Assembly: GCA_016209225.1 (NCBI GenBank)
Contig: JACQWO010000025.1
Location: forward strand, 14,548 to 78,547
Length of the DNA: 64,000 nt
Origin: Desulfobacterales bacterium
GTDB lineage: Bacteria; Desulfobacterota; UBA8473
Reading direction: 5' to 3'
Shown: positions 51,340 to 61,425 of the stretch, one piece after another
Numbering within the stretch: position 1 is the first letter of the stretch
How the letters are laid out: every line of letters starts with the position of its first letter
Program-made: the position numbers and the translations under genes
The notes under the pieces: model-generated
Seen by the model: only the letters and a program-made list of their open reading frames with translations
What the model was told of the DNA's origin: nothing
The model's database searches: none

Positions 51340-52335
51340 TTAGTATCGATCTGCGCTGCCCAGCACATTTTTGTTCTTTTCAATGATCATCTTCATAAGC
51401 TCATCGCGGGCAGGACCTAAGTATTTGCGCGGGTCAAATTCAGCCGGCTTTTCTTTGAATATTTTCCGGATCATGGCTGTAATAACCAAACGCCCATCGG
51501 AATCTATGTTGATCTTGCAGACAGCAGATCTTGCCGCCTTTCTCAACTGATCCTCGGGAATGCCAACAGCGTCTGCCAGAGCTCCACCATTACTATTGAT
51601 AAGGTCAACGTATTTGAGCAGGACGGAACTGGCTCCGTGCAAAACAATGGGGAAGCCGGGAATTCGCTTTTCGATTTCCTCAAGGATGTCAAAGCGCAGT
51701 GGCGGAGGAGTAAGGATGCATTCTTTGCTGAGGGTGCACTGCTCTGGCTTGAATTTATAAGCGCCATGAGAGGTGCCTATTGAAATTGCAAGAGAGTCAA
51801 CGCCGGTCTTCTTTACAAAGTCTTCAACCTCTTCAGGCTGAGTATAAGTAGACCTGGCTGCAGCTACGTCGTCTTCGATGCCTGCCAGTATACCGAGTTC
51901 TCCCTCAACAGTGACATCGTGCCTGTGGGAGTACTCGACGACCTTCCTGGTCAGTTCGACGTTTTCCTGATAGGACAGGTGGGAGCCGTCGATCATTATT
52001 GAAGAGAATCCGCTTTCAATACAGGAAACACAAAGTTCATAGCTGTCGCCATGGTCCAGGTGAAGAGCGATGGGAATACTGTAGCCAAGCTCACGGGCCA
52101 TTTCCACAGCGCCTTTTCCCATGTTGAGGAGAAGGGTGGCGTTAGCGTAATTGCGGGCGCCCTTAGAGACCTGAAGGATTACCGGGGATCTGGATTGACC
52201 ACACCCGTTGATAATGGCCTGAATCTGCTCCATATTGTTAAAGTTATAAGCAGGGACGGCATATCCGCCATCCATGGCTTTTTTGAACATTTCACGCGTG
52301 TTGACAAAGCCTAGTTCTTTATAGCTGATAGCCAT
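51340..52335 (-). CDS. fba: Fructose-bisphosphate aldolase, class II
   Basis: MAISYKELGFVNTREMFKKA...AYNFNNMEQIQAI and the metal-binding His regions are typical of class II FBA. Start set at MAIS with RBS GGAGG. The track ORF begins 19 codons upstream. Confidence 0.9.
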   Translation of the reverse strand: MAISYKELGFVNTREMFKKAMDGGYAVPAYNFNNMEQIQAIINGCGQSRSPVILQVSKGARNYANATLLLNMGKGAVEMARELGYSIPIALHLDHGDSYELCVSCIESGFSSIMIDGSHLSYQENVELTRKVVEYSHRHDVTVEGELGILAGIEDDVAAARSTYTQPEEVEDFVKKTGVDSLAISIGTSHGAYKFKPEQCTLSKECILTPPPLRFDILEEIEKRIPGFPIVLHGASSVLLKYVDLINSNGGALADAVGIPEDQLRKAARSAVCKINIDSDGRLVITAMIRKIFKEKPAEFDPRKYLGPARDELMKMIIEKNKNVLGSADRY

Positions 52336-52496
52336 GATAACCCTCCTCTCTTTTTTCTGCGTATTATCAAATAAATTTCTTAAAAAATACAATATAACAC
52401 CAAAAATATCAAGGAATTTTACCTGTTTCTGTCAAAAAATTTCCGCTACCAAAAGTTCCTTGACAAAAATGCAATCTATAAGATAAAACATAACTA

Positions 52497-52625
52497 AGTC
52501 AGGAGTCAGAATCCAGAATTCAGAATAGAGATTGGTTAACCTTATGCCTTGAGTCCCAAACAAAACAAGGAAGGATTGTCTTTTTATTCTGACTTCTGAC
52601 TCCTGACTTCTGACTCCTAGATTAT
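52497..52625. repeat. Heptad-repeat element (AGTCAGG family), long copy, with a partially complementary right arm (TTCTGACTTCTGACTCCTGACTTCTGACTCC)
   Basis: aAGTCAGGAGTCAGAATCCAGAATTCAGAATAGAGATTGGTTAA ... attctgacttctgactcctgacttctgactcct. Lies between the divergent fba and GGDEF-like genes. Confidence 0.45.
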
Positions 52626-52638
52626 TGAGGTCTATCGG

Positions 52639-53964
52639 ATGAAGCTGACCATAAAGCGAAAGCTGCTCTTTAGTTATATGGCTATGGTTCTATTGACTGT
52701 TCTGGCCAGCACCTATGCTGTAATCAGTTTGCAGAACCTCAATAAGCTGGCATACACCATAATCAATCAGGATTTTATGGCACTTGAAACCAGCAAGGCG
52801 ATGATGGATGCCCTGCTTGCCCAGGAAAGCGCCGAAAAAAAATATCTGATCCTTAAAGACCCATCCCTTGCAGAGATATTCTGGACACGAAGCCAGGGAT
52901 TCAGTAACAGAATGAAGAATCTCAAAAAAAATCGTCTTTACGGTATGACTATTATGCTTTCAAAACTATCATCGCTCCATACTCAATATGATGATCTCTT
53001 CCATCAGGAAATAGCGCTGGTCCAAGAAAATCGTGTTGAGGATGCGTTAAATGTCTCTGAGGGGAATGGCAAAAAATTGATAGATGATATGGCATCGTAT
53101 CTGCGTGGTATCCAGAATAAGGCTGAAAAGGACATTGATACGCGGATGAACCTGATTAAGTCACGGGGCATCGAGGCATCCAGGATGACAGCCATTCTCA
53201 GCGGTATAAGTCTTATTGCAGGATTGTCTCTTGCCTTTCTGATTACCCATAATATTTCCATGCCCCTCAAGAAGCTCGAAAAAGGGACAGGCATGATTGC
53301 CGAAGGACGGTTCGATTATGACCTTACCATTAACCGCCGTGACGAAATAGGCAGCTTAGCCAGCGCCTTTACTTTCATGGCTGGGCGTCTCAAGATACTC
53401 GAGGCACTCAATCTCGATGCGTCTCCTCTGACCCGGCTTCCCGGTAATATAGCGATAGAGAAAGAGATTGAAAAACGACTGTCAGAGAAAAAAAGTTTTT
53501 CCCTCTGCCATGTGGATCTTGATAACTTTAAGCCCTTTGCGGATAAATACGGTTATGCCTGGGCCAGTGAGGTTATCAAAGAAGTCGCCGATATCCTGAC
53601 GAATCAGACAAAGACATCAGTCCAGGAAGATGACTTCATCGGGCATATCGGGGGTGATGATTTTGTTTTTATTTCCGAACCTAAGAGGTCAGAACAGATA
53701 TGTAAACAAGTTGTCTTAGAGTTTGATCGGCATATCTCGAGATTTTACAGCGATAAAGACAGAGAGAAAGGTTTCATTGTCGGGAAGGACAGAAAAGGTG
53801 CTCAGCAAAAATTTCCTCTCCTCACTGTGACGATTGCTATTGTGACCGATGACGGGACCCGTTTTAAAAACCCCCTTGACATGGCAAAGATGGCTGCAGA
53901 GTTAAAGGAATATGGAAAAACATTACCTGGCAGCAACTATGTGAAACTCCCAGAACATGCCTGA
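52639..53964 (+). CDS. Membrane sensor with HAMP domain and a GGDEF-like domain (degenerate GGDDF motif)
   Basis: N-terminal TM plus a 4-helix sensory region, a second TM, HAMP, then LTRLPGN...CHVDLDNFKPFADKYGYAWASEVIKE...IGHIGGDDFVFI. Confidence 0.65.
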   Translation: MKLTIKRKLLFSYMAMVLLTVLASTYAVISLQNLNKLAYTIINQDFMALETSKAMMDALLAQESAEKKYLILKDPSLAEIFWTRSQGFSNRMKNLKKNRLYGMTIMLSKLSSLHTQYDDLFHQEIALVQENRVEDALNVSEGNGKKLIDDMASYLRGIQNKAEKDIDTRMNLIKSRGIEASRMTAILSGISLIAGLSLAFLITHNISMPLKKLEKGTGMIAEGRFDYDLTINRRDEIGSLASAFTFMAGRLKILEALNLDASPLTRLPGNIAIEKEIEKRLSEKKSFSLCHVDLDNFKPFADKYGYAWASEVIKEVADILTNQTKTSVQEDDFIGHIGGDDFVFISEPKRSEQICKQVVLEFDRHISRFYSDKDREKGFIVGKDRKGAQQKFPLLTVTIAIVTDDGTRFKNPLDMAKMAAELKEYGKTLPGSNYVKLPEHA

Positions 53965-53980
53965 TACAAGGAACCATGAT

Positions 53981-54496
53981 ATGGATAGAAAAAGATGGTT
54001 TGTCCTTTTCCTAGCAGTTATGTTTTTAACGGCATGCGCTTCTGCTGTGCCAACCTTTCCCGACAGAGATATTCACCCTCCGAAGGGGGTTCCGATAACT
54101 AAAGATAAGACCGTAGTCAAAGATAAGGCCATAGTCGATAGATCGATGTCAGACACGGATCTTTTTCATGACGCTGTTTCATATCTGGGCAACCCTGAGG
54201 TAACGGTTGACTATTTAAGAGCGAGATCGGCATTTGAACTATTAGTAAAAACCTATCCTAAGAGCAAATGGCGCAACCTTTCTGAAACATTTATCAGGAT
54301 CATTGATGACATAAAGGCATACCAGGCAAAGAGTATATCTGATCAATTGTTGCTTGATAAAGCCCAGGCAGATAAGGGCAGGCTTTTTCAGGAGAATGAG
54401 CAGTTAAAGAAAGATAGCGAGCAGTTAAAGAAAGATATCCAGCTTTTGAAGAATCTGGAGATTCAATTAGAAAAAAGGGAGAGGACGCTCCGATAA
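53981..54496 (+). CDS. Lipoprotein with a C-terminal coiled coil
   Basis: MDRKRWFVLFLAVMFLTAC is a lipobox. The C-terminus QENEQLKKDSEQLKKDIQLLKNLEIQLEKRE shows heptad periodicity. The track ORF begins 8 codons upstream, overlapping the previous gene. Confidence 0.45.
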   Translation: MDRKRWFVLFLAVMFLTACASAVPTFPDRDIHPPKGVPITKDKTVVKDKAIVDRSMSDTDLFHDAVSYLGNPEVTVDYLRARSAFELLVKTYPKSKWRNLSETFIRIIDDIKAYQAKSISDQLLLDKAQADKGRLFQENEQLKKDSEQLKKDIQLLKNLEIQLEKRERTLR

Positions 54497-54531
54497 ATAG
54501 TTTATCCATGTACCTCGTTCATCTGTACACA

Positions 54532-57105
54532 CTATCTCTCCCTGGGTGGACTAACCACAGCAAGGGAATACCGATCCAGATCAATGTATTTCCTCGCTAC
54601 CCTTAGAACATCATCAGCCGTTACCTCGGATATCTTTCCCGGATACTCCATAAAATTAGAGAATCCCAGACCATATCTTTCACCAAATGCCATAGTGGAT
54701 GCCTTGGCAGAGTTTGTCTGTAAACCGATCTCGAAACTGCCTAGAAGATATCTCCTTGCTCGTTCTAACTCCGCAGAGTCTATTTTCTCCTCTCTAACCT
54801 TTTTAAGCTCCTTTTTTATGCCATCGATGGCCGTATCTAGTTTTTCAGGGCTGGTACCGATATAAACCCCCATAAAACCAGGATCTATACCATCCTGGAA
54901 GAAAGAGGTGACGGCATACGCCAGACTCAGTTTATCCCGGAGCTCCATAAAGAGCCTTCCTCCCTGTCCTGACAAGACTGTGTTCAGAACTTCCAGAGGG
55001 TACCTATCAGGGCTATATATTGTTGTTCCCAAAAATCCCAGGACAATATGTGCCTGTTTTTTATCCTTGTATGCCTCCACATTTTTGATGGACTCTGGGG
55101 GAACCTCCTTCAAGATTTTTGGGATTTTAAAGTTAGTGGCTGCAAAATCCTGAAAGGACTGTTTCACCTTTTTAATTGTGTCTTCTGCCCTGACATCGCC
55201 TACTATACTTAAAACCAGGTTTTTTGGACTGGCATAAGTTCTATAATAATCTGTCAAATCATCCCTGGCCATATTGATTATGGATTTCCTGTTGCCCAGT
55301 ATATTCATCCCATAAGGGTGATAATTGTATAGAGTTTTGGCAAAGATGTTAAAGGTGTAGGAGGCAAGATTGTCTTCTTGCTGCTTCAGGGCTGCGAGTA
55401 TATCCGCCCTCTCCTTCTCTAATTCATCCTTATCAAAGGTGGGATTGATTATGATGTCTGCGAAGAGTTTTAACCCCCTGTCAAAGAATCTGCTCAAAAT
55501 TTCAGAGGTTAACCCAAAACTGTTCCTGCCTGAAAATCCATGGATACCCCCGGCCATGGATTCAATCCTTTGGGCGATCTCAAGGGCATTATGACCCTTG
55601 GTTCCCTTGGTAATCATCTCTGCTATGAAGTTATTTACCCCGTTCAATTTCTTCTTTTCAAATCGCAGCCCTCCTAAAAAAACTGCTCTCATTGCAACAA
55701 TGGGGGTAGAATGATCTTCCTTAATCAAAAGGGTCATACCGTTTTCCATAGTTATTTTTTCTATCTGTTCTACCCCTTTTGTGCAGGGTTTTGAATAGTG
55801 ATGCCTCAATCTACTCTCTTCTTTTGCGGCGATATCCTTGATTGCGTCTTTGTTTATGTCGTCTCCATCTCCATCAGGCAGTAGAAACACGGCCGTTAGG
55901 TTTTTATTGTTTAGATACCTTTTTGCCACTCTCATAATGTCCTGGCTTTTAACCTTAGATATCAGGCTGATATATTCCTTTTCAAAATCTATGTTCTCTG
56001 CAACTACGTCAAAATGCCCTAATTGTCTGGCCTGCCCCTGGACTGTTTCCTTGCCATATAGAAATTCACTCTCGATATTTAATTTGGCCTTTTCTAATTC
56101 ATCATCGTTTATCTTTTCGGATTTTAATCTATATGTCTCTTCTAATATAGCTGCCAGGGCATCCCTGGATTTCTCCCTTTCCAGTACGCCGGTTATAGCT
56201 AAAAGCCCCGGTTCTCTAGGGATAAAACTATAGGAATATATGGTATATACAAGACCCCGTTGGTCTTTTACCTTCCTGAATAACCGTGAAGAGTCACCAT
56301 TGCCCAGTATAAAGGAGAGGACATCGAGGGCTGGCGTATCTTTGTGGTTGATGCCGGGGATATGGAATGCCGCGCTCATGTAACCTTCCATTACGTTATC
56401 AATCATAACGCTGCTTCTTATGGTTTTCTGAGGCAATTCCTGAACTCTGCTCTGACTGGCTCCTTGATTTGATGTAAAATCTTTAAATGCCAGTTCTATT
56501 TTAGGAGAGATAGCAGTATTGTCAATATCTCCAACTACTATAAGGGTAATATTGCTCGGGGTATACCATCTTTTATAAAAATCCAGAAGATTGTCTCTGG
56601 TGAAACTCTTTAATGTATTTTCGAAACCGATTATAGGGCGACGATATGTATGTAACTTATAACTGGTGGAGAAGAGGGCTTGCGTCAACTTTACCATAGG
56701 CTGGTCCTCGCACCGCTTAATCTCTTCCAGGATTACTTCCTTCTCCTTTTCCAGCTCTATCGCGTCAAAAGAAGGATGCATCACAGCATCGGAGAGTACG
56801 TCAAGCCCCATGTCGAAGAATCTGCTGGCTATTACTATATGATAGACCGTTTCATCAAATGATGTGTAGGCATTGATCTCTCCACCCGATGCCTCTATCT
56901 CATAGGCAATTTCTCCCACTCCCCTCTTCTCTGTACCCTTAAAGAGCATGTGCTCTATTACATGGCAGATACCGGCTTCCTCATCCGTCTCATCACTACT
57001 GCCAACCTTTATCCAGACCTGGATGGCAACTACAGGGGCCGAACGGTTTTCTTTCAAGATAACCGTCATACCGTTTTCCAATTTGGATTTTTGATAATCT
57101 TTCAA
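54532..57105 (-). CDS. M16-family zinc peptidase, duplicated (two-unit, PqqL-like)
   Basis: 857 aa. HVIEHMLFKGT is the inverted zincin HxxEH motif in the first half. The second M16 unit is inactive-type. Confidence 0.8.
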   Translation of the reverse strand: MKDYQKSKLENGMTVILKENRSAPVVAIQVWIKVGSSDETDEEAGICHVIEHMLFKGTEKRGVGEIAYEIEASGGEINAYTSFDETVYHIVIASRFFDMGLDVLSDAVMHPSFDAIELEKEKEVILEEIKRCEDQPMVKLTQALFSTSYKLHTYRRPIIGFENTLKSFTRDNLLDFYKRWYTPSNITLIVVGDIDNTAISPKIELAFKDFTSNQGASQSRVQELPQKTIRSSVMIDNVMEGYMSAAFHIPGINHKDTPALDVLSFILGNGDSSRLFRKVKDQRGLVYTIYSYSFIPREPGLLAITGVLEREKSRDALAAILEETYRLKSEKINDDELEKAKLNIESEFLYGKETVQGQARQLGHFDVVAENIDFEKEYISLISKVKSQDIMRVAKRYLNNKNLTAVFLLPDGDGDDINKDAIKDIAAKEESRLRHHYSKPCTKGVEQIEKITMENGMTLLIKEDHSTPIVAMRAVFLGGLRFEKKKLNGVNNFIAEMITKGTKGHNALEIAQRIESMAGGIHGFSGRNSFGLTSEILSRFFDRGLKLFADIIINPTFDKDELEKERADILAALKQQEDNLASYTFNIFAKTLYNYHPYGMNILGNRKSIINMARDDLTDYYRTYASPKNLVLSIVGDVRAEDTIKKVKQSFQDFAATNFKIPKILKEVPPESIKNVEAYKDKKQAHIVLGFLGTTIYSPDRYPLEVLNTVLSGQGGRLFMELRDKLSLAYAVTSFFQDGIDPGFMGVYIGTSPEKLDTAIDGIKKELKKVREEKIDSAELERARRYLLGSFEIGLQTNSAKASTMAFGERYGLGFSNFMEYPGKISEVTADDVLRVARKYIDLDRYSLAVVSPPRER

Positions 57106-57108
57106 GTT

Positions 57109-57975
57109 CTATAACCTCAACAGTCTTTTGGCGTTCTCACCATATATCTTGTCAATCTCCTCCTTGGAAAGACCGCAGTTCTCTATCTGTTTCCTGTATC
57201 TCCTCTGGTCTATCAGAGGATAGTCAGTGCCAAATAGGATTTTATCGGGACCGATTGTCTTTACCGCAACAGGATATATTTTGTGAGTGTATAAAAATAT
57301 AGACGCTGCAGTATCGTAATAGACCCTTTCTGCAGCCTTTGCTACCTCTGGCATCAATTCATAAAAGAGGAATCCACCTCCCCAGTGGGCCATAATAATA
57401 TCTATGTCAGGATAAGAAAGGATAAAATCATAATACTGCCTGATCTCTGTTTTCGCCTTTCCCACATAGTAATGACCTACGGTCTCATTGGTATGCAGCA
57501 TGATTGGGACATTGAGACCCTTTACAACCTCTACAATCGGACGCATAACCTTTTCGTCATCTATCGCTACCCTGTGAGCCTCTGTAACTATCTCACCAAC
57601 GCCTTTCAAGCCCAATCCAACACACCGCTCAATCTCTTTAATCGTTTTGCCCCTATCCTTTAATTGAATAGAAGCGAAACCTATAAGTCTGTCAGGGTAT
57701 CTCTTAATAGATTCCAGGAGGTAGTCATTCCCATCCCTACAGAGTCCTTGATCTGACCATGTAAACCCACACACTACACTTTTATCCACCCCTGATTGGT
57801 CCATTGCGGCTATCAATTCTTCAGCACCTATCATGCCGGCATTCTTTGATTCTCCCAGCATATTGGACCGCTGTCCGCCAAATAACAAGCGGAAAAGAGG
57901 GTCCTTTTTCCGATACTTATCCAGATTGTTCCTCACCTCTTTGGAGAATATATGGGTATGGAAGTCTATTATCAT
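57109..57975 (-). CDS. Amidohydrolase-2 family metal-dependent hydrolase (TIM barrel)
   Basis: MIIDFHTHIF is the N-terminal metal-binding motif. The rest matches the Amidohydro_2 pattern. Confidence 0.7.
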   Translation of the reverse strand: MIIDFHTHIFSKEVRNNLDKYRKKDPLFRLLFGGQRSNMLGESKNAGMIGAEELIAAMDQSGVDKSVVCGFTWSDQGLCRDGNDYLLESIKRYPDRLIGFASIQLKDRGKTIKEIERCVGLGLKGVGEIVTEAHRVAIDDEKVMRPIVEVVKGLNVPIMLHTNETVGHYYVGKAKTEIRQYYDFILSYPDIDIIMAHWGGGFLFYELMPEVAKAAERVYYDTAASIFLYTHKIYPVAVKTIGPDKILFGTDYPLIDQRRYRKQIENCGLSKEEIDKIYGENAKRLLRL

Positions 57976-58502
57976 ATACCCCCTCCATCCGGTGATTCTT
58001 CATAGCGGGCCAAAGTGAATATCAAATCTGCCGATCTATTAAGGTATGCCAGTATCTTATCGTTGAGCAAAATATTATCTTCCTTTAACCCTACAGCCCT
58101 CCTTTCTCCCCTTCTGATTATGGTACGGGCCATATCCAAAGAAGCAGAGACCATGGATGCCCCTGGAATGATAAAGCTTTTAGGGAGCTTTACCTTGTCT
58201 TCTATCTCTTCAATAAGGTTTTGCAATTCCTGAACGTCATCTTCTTCAATCTTCTTCTTTAATTTTCCATAATCCTTCGGATCGGTGGCCAGTTCTCCCC
58301 CTATCACAAAGAGCATTTCCTGAACCTTATAGATAATCTCCTTAACTCTCTCATTCTTGGAAAGGGCTCTGGCAAAACCCAGTGTAGAATTGGCCTCGTC
58401 CAGGGTGCCGTAGGTTTCAGGTCTCGGATCGGATTTGCGTATTCTCTGACCATACAGCATACTGGTGTATCCTTCATCGCCTTTTTTATTAAACAGCTTC
58501 AT
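57972..58502 (-). CDS. PduO-type ATP:cob(I)alamin adenosyltransferase
   Basis: KKGDEGYTSMLYGQRIRKSDPRPETYGTLDEANSTLGFARA matches the Cob_adeno_trans N-terminal signature. Confidence 0.75.
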   Translation of the reverse strand: MKLFNKKGDEGYTSMLYGQRIRKSDPRPETYGTLDEANSTLGFARALSKNERVKEIIYKVQEMLFVIGGELATDPKDYGKLKKKIEEDDVQELQNLIEEIEDKVKLPKSFIIPGASMVSASLDMARTIIRRGERRAVGLKEDNILLNDKILAYLNRSADLIFTLARYEESPDGGGI

Positions 58503-58582
58503 AAATCCTCCCTATTTTACACTTAAATACGGAAGTCGTAAATCGTAAATCGTGAATGAGTTTTTTATTTTCGACTCACGAC

Positions 58583-59797
58583 TCACGAGTTCTTCCCTTG
58601 CATACTGATCTTTCCATAAACACCATCATACCCTGGTGTAATATCCAATTTTCCTTCTCTTACCTTCATGATTCCCTCTAAGATATTTGGTTGGGTAAGC
58701 CCGACCAGTTCATCCCTGGATATATCTAAGAGGATGTTAAACTCATTTCCCCCCTTTGCTATCATCTTTCCATACTCTCTTCTCACTTTGGCTGTATTTA
58801 CACCGCATCCCAGCACTTCAGCGATAATTTCCTCCAGTGGAACCAGATGCCTGGCAGGGATCGCCCCCTCTGGCACAAAACCCTCAGTGCGATCCGAGAG
58901 GGCCTCTACGCGGTGCATTACCCCGATAGTAAGCCTTTTTTTGCACACCGGACATATATTATCGTTGTTTCTGCTCTCAGATGGAGAAAAGAGAATACCA
59001 CAGTTTCTGTGTCCATCATAGTGATATTTCCCCTCTTCAGGAAAGAATTCAACAGTAAAGAGCAGCTTACTGCGATCCTTTTCTCTCAGACACTTCATGA
59101 TTTGATTATAGTTCAAATCACAATTAAAGACATTTGCCTCCCTGCCTATTTTGGCGGGTGAATGAGCATCGGAGTTGGAAATAAGGGCGATTCTGTCCAA
59201 GGCAGAAAGCCTCCAGTTCATTGCCGGGTCCGAAGATAAGCCGGTTTCAATAGCATGTATATGCTCAGATTGATCCCCGAAACACTCCTCCAGGGAATCA
59301 AAACCTGAGTTAGCCCCGAAGAGAGAGAACCAGGGAGTCCATGCGTGTGCAGGTACTAGAAAACACTCTTCTGATGTATCCAATACCAGCTTGACCAGAT
59401 CTTTGACATGGAATCCGAAGGTGGGTCTGCCGTCGGAACCAAGCTTGCCTCTTCTCCCCAATTTTGCGTTTACCTTCTCCACTACCTCTAAAGTAGGGGC
59501 AAAGATAAGTGTATGAACCTTATGGAGCTTCCCCGCCTGAGAGAAGATATTGCTTACCTCGGCAGTCAAGACAAAGCGAACGTTTTTGCTTCCGTTCTTT
59601 AAGGTTAGAAGGTTACCATCAGAAGGTTCAAGTTTCGTTTTAAGTTCAGCAAAGTATAGGGGATGGGTAAAGTCTCCTGTTCCCAACAGGGTGATTCCCT
59701 TAATCTCTGCCCATTTGCTCAGGGTTTCAACTTCCATATCCTTGCTTGTTGCCCTGCTATATCTGGAATGGACATGGAAATCTGCTATGAATCTCAT
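58583..59797 (-). CDS. PHP-domain protein, endonuclease Q (EndoQ/TIGR00375)-like
   Basis: ADFHVHSRYSRATSKDM...LLGTGDFTHP, PAHAWTPWFSLFG and SNSDAHSP follow the EndoQ PHP motif order. The zinc finger CPVCKK is in the C-terminal half. Confidence 0.55.
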   Translation of the reverse strand: MRFIADFHVHSRYSRATSKDMEVETLSKWAEIKGITLLGTGDFTHPLYFAELKTKLEPSDGNLLTLKNGSKNVRFVLTAEVSNIFSQAGKLHKVHTLIFAPTLEVVEKVNAKLGRRGKLGSDGRPTFGFHVKDLVKLVLDTSEECFLVPAHAWTPWFSLFGANSGFDSLEECFGDQSEHIHAIETGLSSDPAMNWRLSALDRIALISNSDAHSPAKIGREANVFNCDLNYNQIMKCLREKDRSKLLFTVEFFPEEGKYHYDGHRNCGILFSPSESRNNDNICPVCKKRLTIGVMHRVEALSDRTEGFVPEGAIPARHLVPLEEIIAEVLGCGVNTAKVRREYGKMIAKGGNEFNILLDISRDELVGLTQPNILEGIMKVREGKLDITPGYDGVYGKISMQGKNS

Positions 59798-59819
59798 ACA
59801 CCTTTTCCCAGGGTTACTG

Positions 59820-60215
59820 TTATATAATCTTCACCAAAAACTTTCTGTTTCTTGGGCCATCGAACTCGCAGAAGAATACCGACTGCCATGTTCCTAAAAC
59901 CAGCCTTCCGTCCTCTACAATGATAGTTTCGGAAGACCCCACAAGGCTGGCCTTTATATGGGCGTCTGAGTTTCCTTCGGTATGGCGATAGTTATCATCA
60001 AAGGGGATAACCTTTCCAAGCCCCATAATGATATCCCTTGGAACATTGGGATCAGCATTCTCATTTATAGTGACAGCCGCTGTGGTATGGGGAACAAAGA
60101 CACAACAGATTCCATTTCTCACCTTACTTTCAGTAACTGCCTTTTGAATCTGATGGGTAATGTCCAGCATCTCTGTCCGTTGGCCGGTTTTAACTGAAAA
60201 TGTCTGCATTTCCAA
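59820..60215 (-). CDS. YjbQ/UPF0047-family protein (secondary thiamine-phosphate synthase-like)
   Basis: VPHTTAAVTINENADP...HTEGNSDAHIKASLVGSS matches YjbQ throughout. Confidence 0.75.
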   Translation of the reverse strand: MEMQTFSVKTGQRTEMLDITHQIQKAVTESKVRNGICCVFVPHTTAAVTINENADPNVPRDIIMGLGKVIPFDDNYRHTEGNSDAHIKASLVGSSETIIVEDGRLVLGTWQSVFFCEFDGPRNRKFLVKII

Positions 60216-60610
60216 TAATCTCCACTTATTCTACTTTCTGCCATTTAACTCAAGGCTATTTTTCAGCATAACTTTTAGACAAGGGTTAGTCAAACCTTTT
60301 TTGATTGTGTCAAGTTTAACCATATGCATTCTTATACTGCCTGATGTCCAACCCCCCTATATTTTTGGGCTATTTGACTCTTGACATACAAGCCCCTTTC
60401 CACTATATTAATGTCCTTCCTTCTAAGGGAGGAGTTTAAGGGGAATTCAGAAGGGCTTATGAAAAAAATTATTGTTTGAGATTCTTGTTCCCATGCTCTG
60501 CATAGGAATGCAGAGCATCGCTGGTTATTGCAGATGAAAAGCCCCAGATTTTTGTGCAGATGGGAACCAAAAGTGATATAATACAAACAAATTTAAAACT
60601 GGAGTTTATT

Positions 60611-60802
60611 ATGAAGGTGGTTATAGAAGTTGAAAACGAGGAGGAAATAAAGAGGGTTAGAGGGATTCTAAAAGGGGAACATATTACAGTAGTTAAGACA
60701 CGAAAAGAGAGAGATATGATATTGGAAGATATTTTCAATAAGTTTAATATAAGACTGCCTAAAGACTTCAAACTTGACAGGGAAGAATTACATGCAAGAT
60801 AG
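60611..60802 (+). CDS. VapB-like antitoxin (small; partner of the PIN gene)
   Basis: MKVVIEVENEEEIKRVRGILK..., with RBS GGAG. Its end overlaps the PIN gene start by 11 nt. An extended -10 (TGATATAAT) lies about 30 nt upstream. Confidence 0.45.
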   Translation: MKVVIEVENEEEIKRVRGILKGEHITVVKTRKERDMILEDIFNKFNIRLPKDFKLDREELHAR

Positions 60803-61156
60803 GGTCTTTATAGATACAAATGTTCTCATCTATTTTATAAGCGATGACATAAAAAAGAAGATAAAGGCAAAAGAAATACTATTTTTAAGAGGCGAACCTG
60901 TCATCAGTTCTCAAGTTATAAGTGAATTTGTTAATGCCTGCCTGACAAAATTATGGATGCTCTGGAATTTTCTTTAATAGAGGAAACCACCATAAAGAAA
61001 TCCCTTCAAATAAAGAAAACCTATAACTACTCCTATTGGGATTGCCTGATAATAGCCTCTGCCTTAGAAAACAACTGCACGATTTTATACACCGAAGATA
61101 TGCAGGATGGACATACCATTGAAAATAGATTAAAGATTGTTAATCCATTTGTTTAA
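60792..61156 (+). pseudogene. VapC PIN-domain toxin, split by a frameshift in an A4 run around 60950
   Basis: MQDRVFIDTNVLIYF...SSQVISEFVNACLTK shifts frame into ...SLIEETTIKK...YWDCLIIASALENNCTILYTEDMQDG. Together these give a complete roughly 121-aa PIN domain with the conserved D, E, D and D positions. Confidence 0.6.
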
Positions 61157-61212
61157 GGTGATTTTGTATGCCTTAACGGGTAATATAGAAATCGCTGTTA
61201 GGAGGCTTATAA

Positions 61213-61425
61213 ATGCCTGTTTTAAAGTATAAGACGTTTGAGGCTGCAGAGAAGAGTCTCTGGAATTTTATGCCTGATGATAATTATTTTAAGATGGTTC
61301 TGTCTTTAAACAACACGATGTTTAAGAAAACAATAGTCAAAGATTTTCCTCACGGCGTTCACAAATATAAATCTCTGAAAGACGCTCAAAAGGACATAGA
61401 AAATTGGCTGATGAAAAGAGCATAG
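61213..61425 (+). CDS. Small hypothetical protein (70 aa) preceding and overlapping the NTase-fold gene
   Basis: No recognisable motif. Overlaps the next ORF by 22 nt, suggesting translational coupling. Confidence 0.3.
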   Translation: MPVLKYKTFEAAEKSLWNFMPDDNYFKMVLSLNNTMFKKTIVKDFPHGVHKYKSLKDAQKDIENWLMKRA

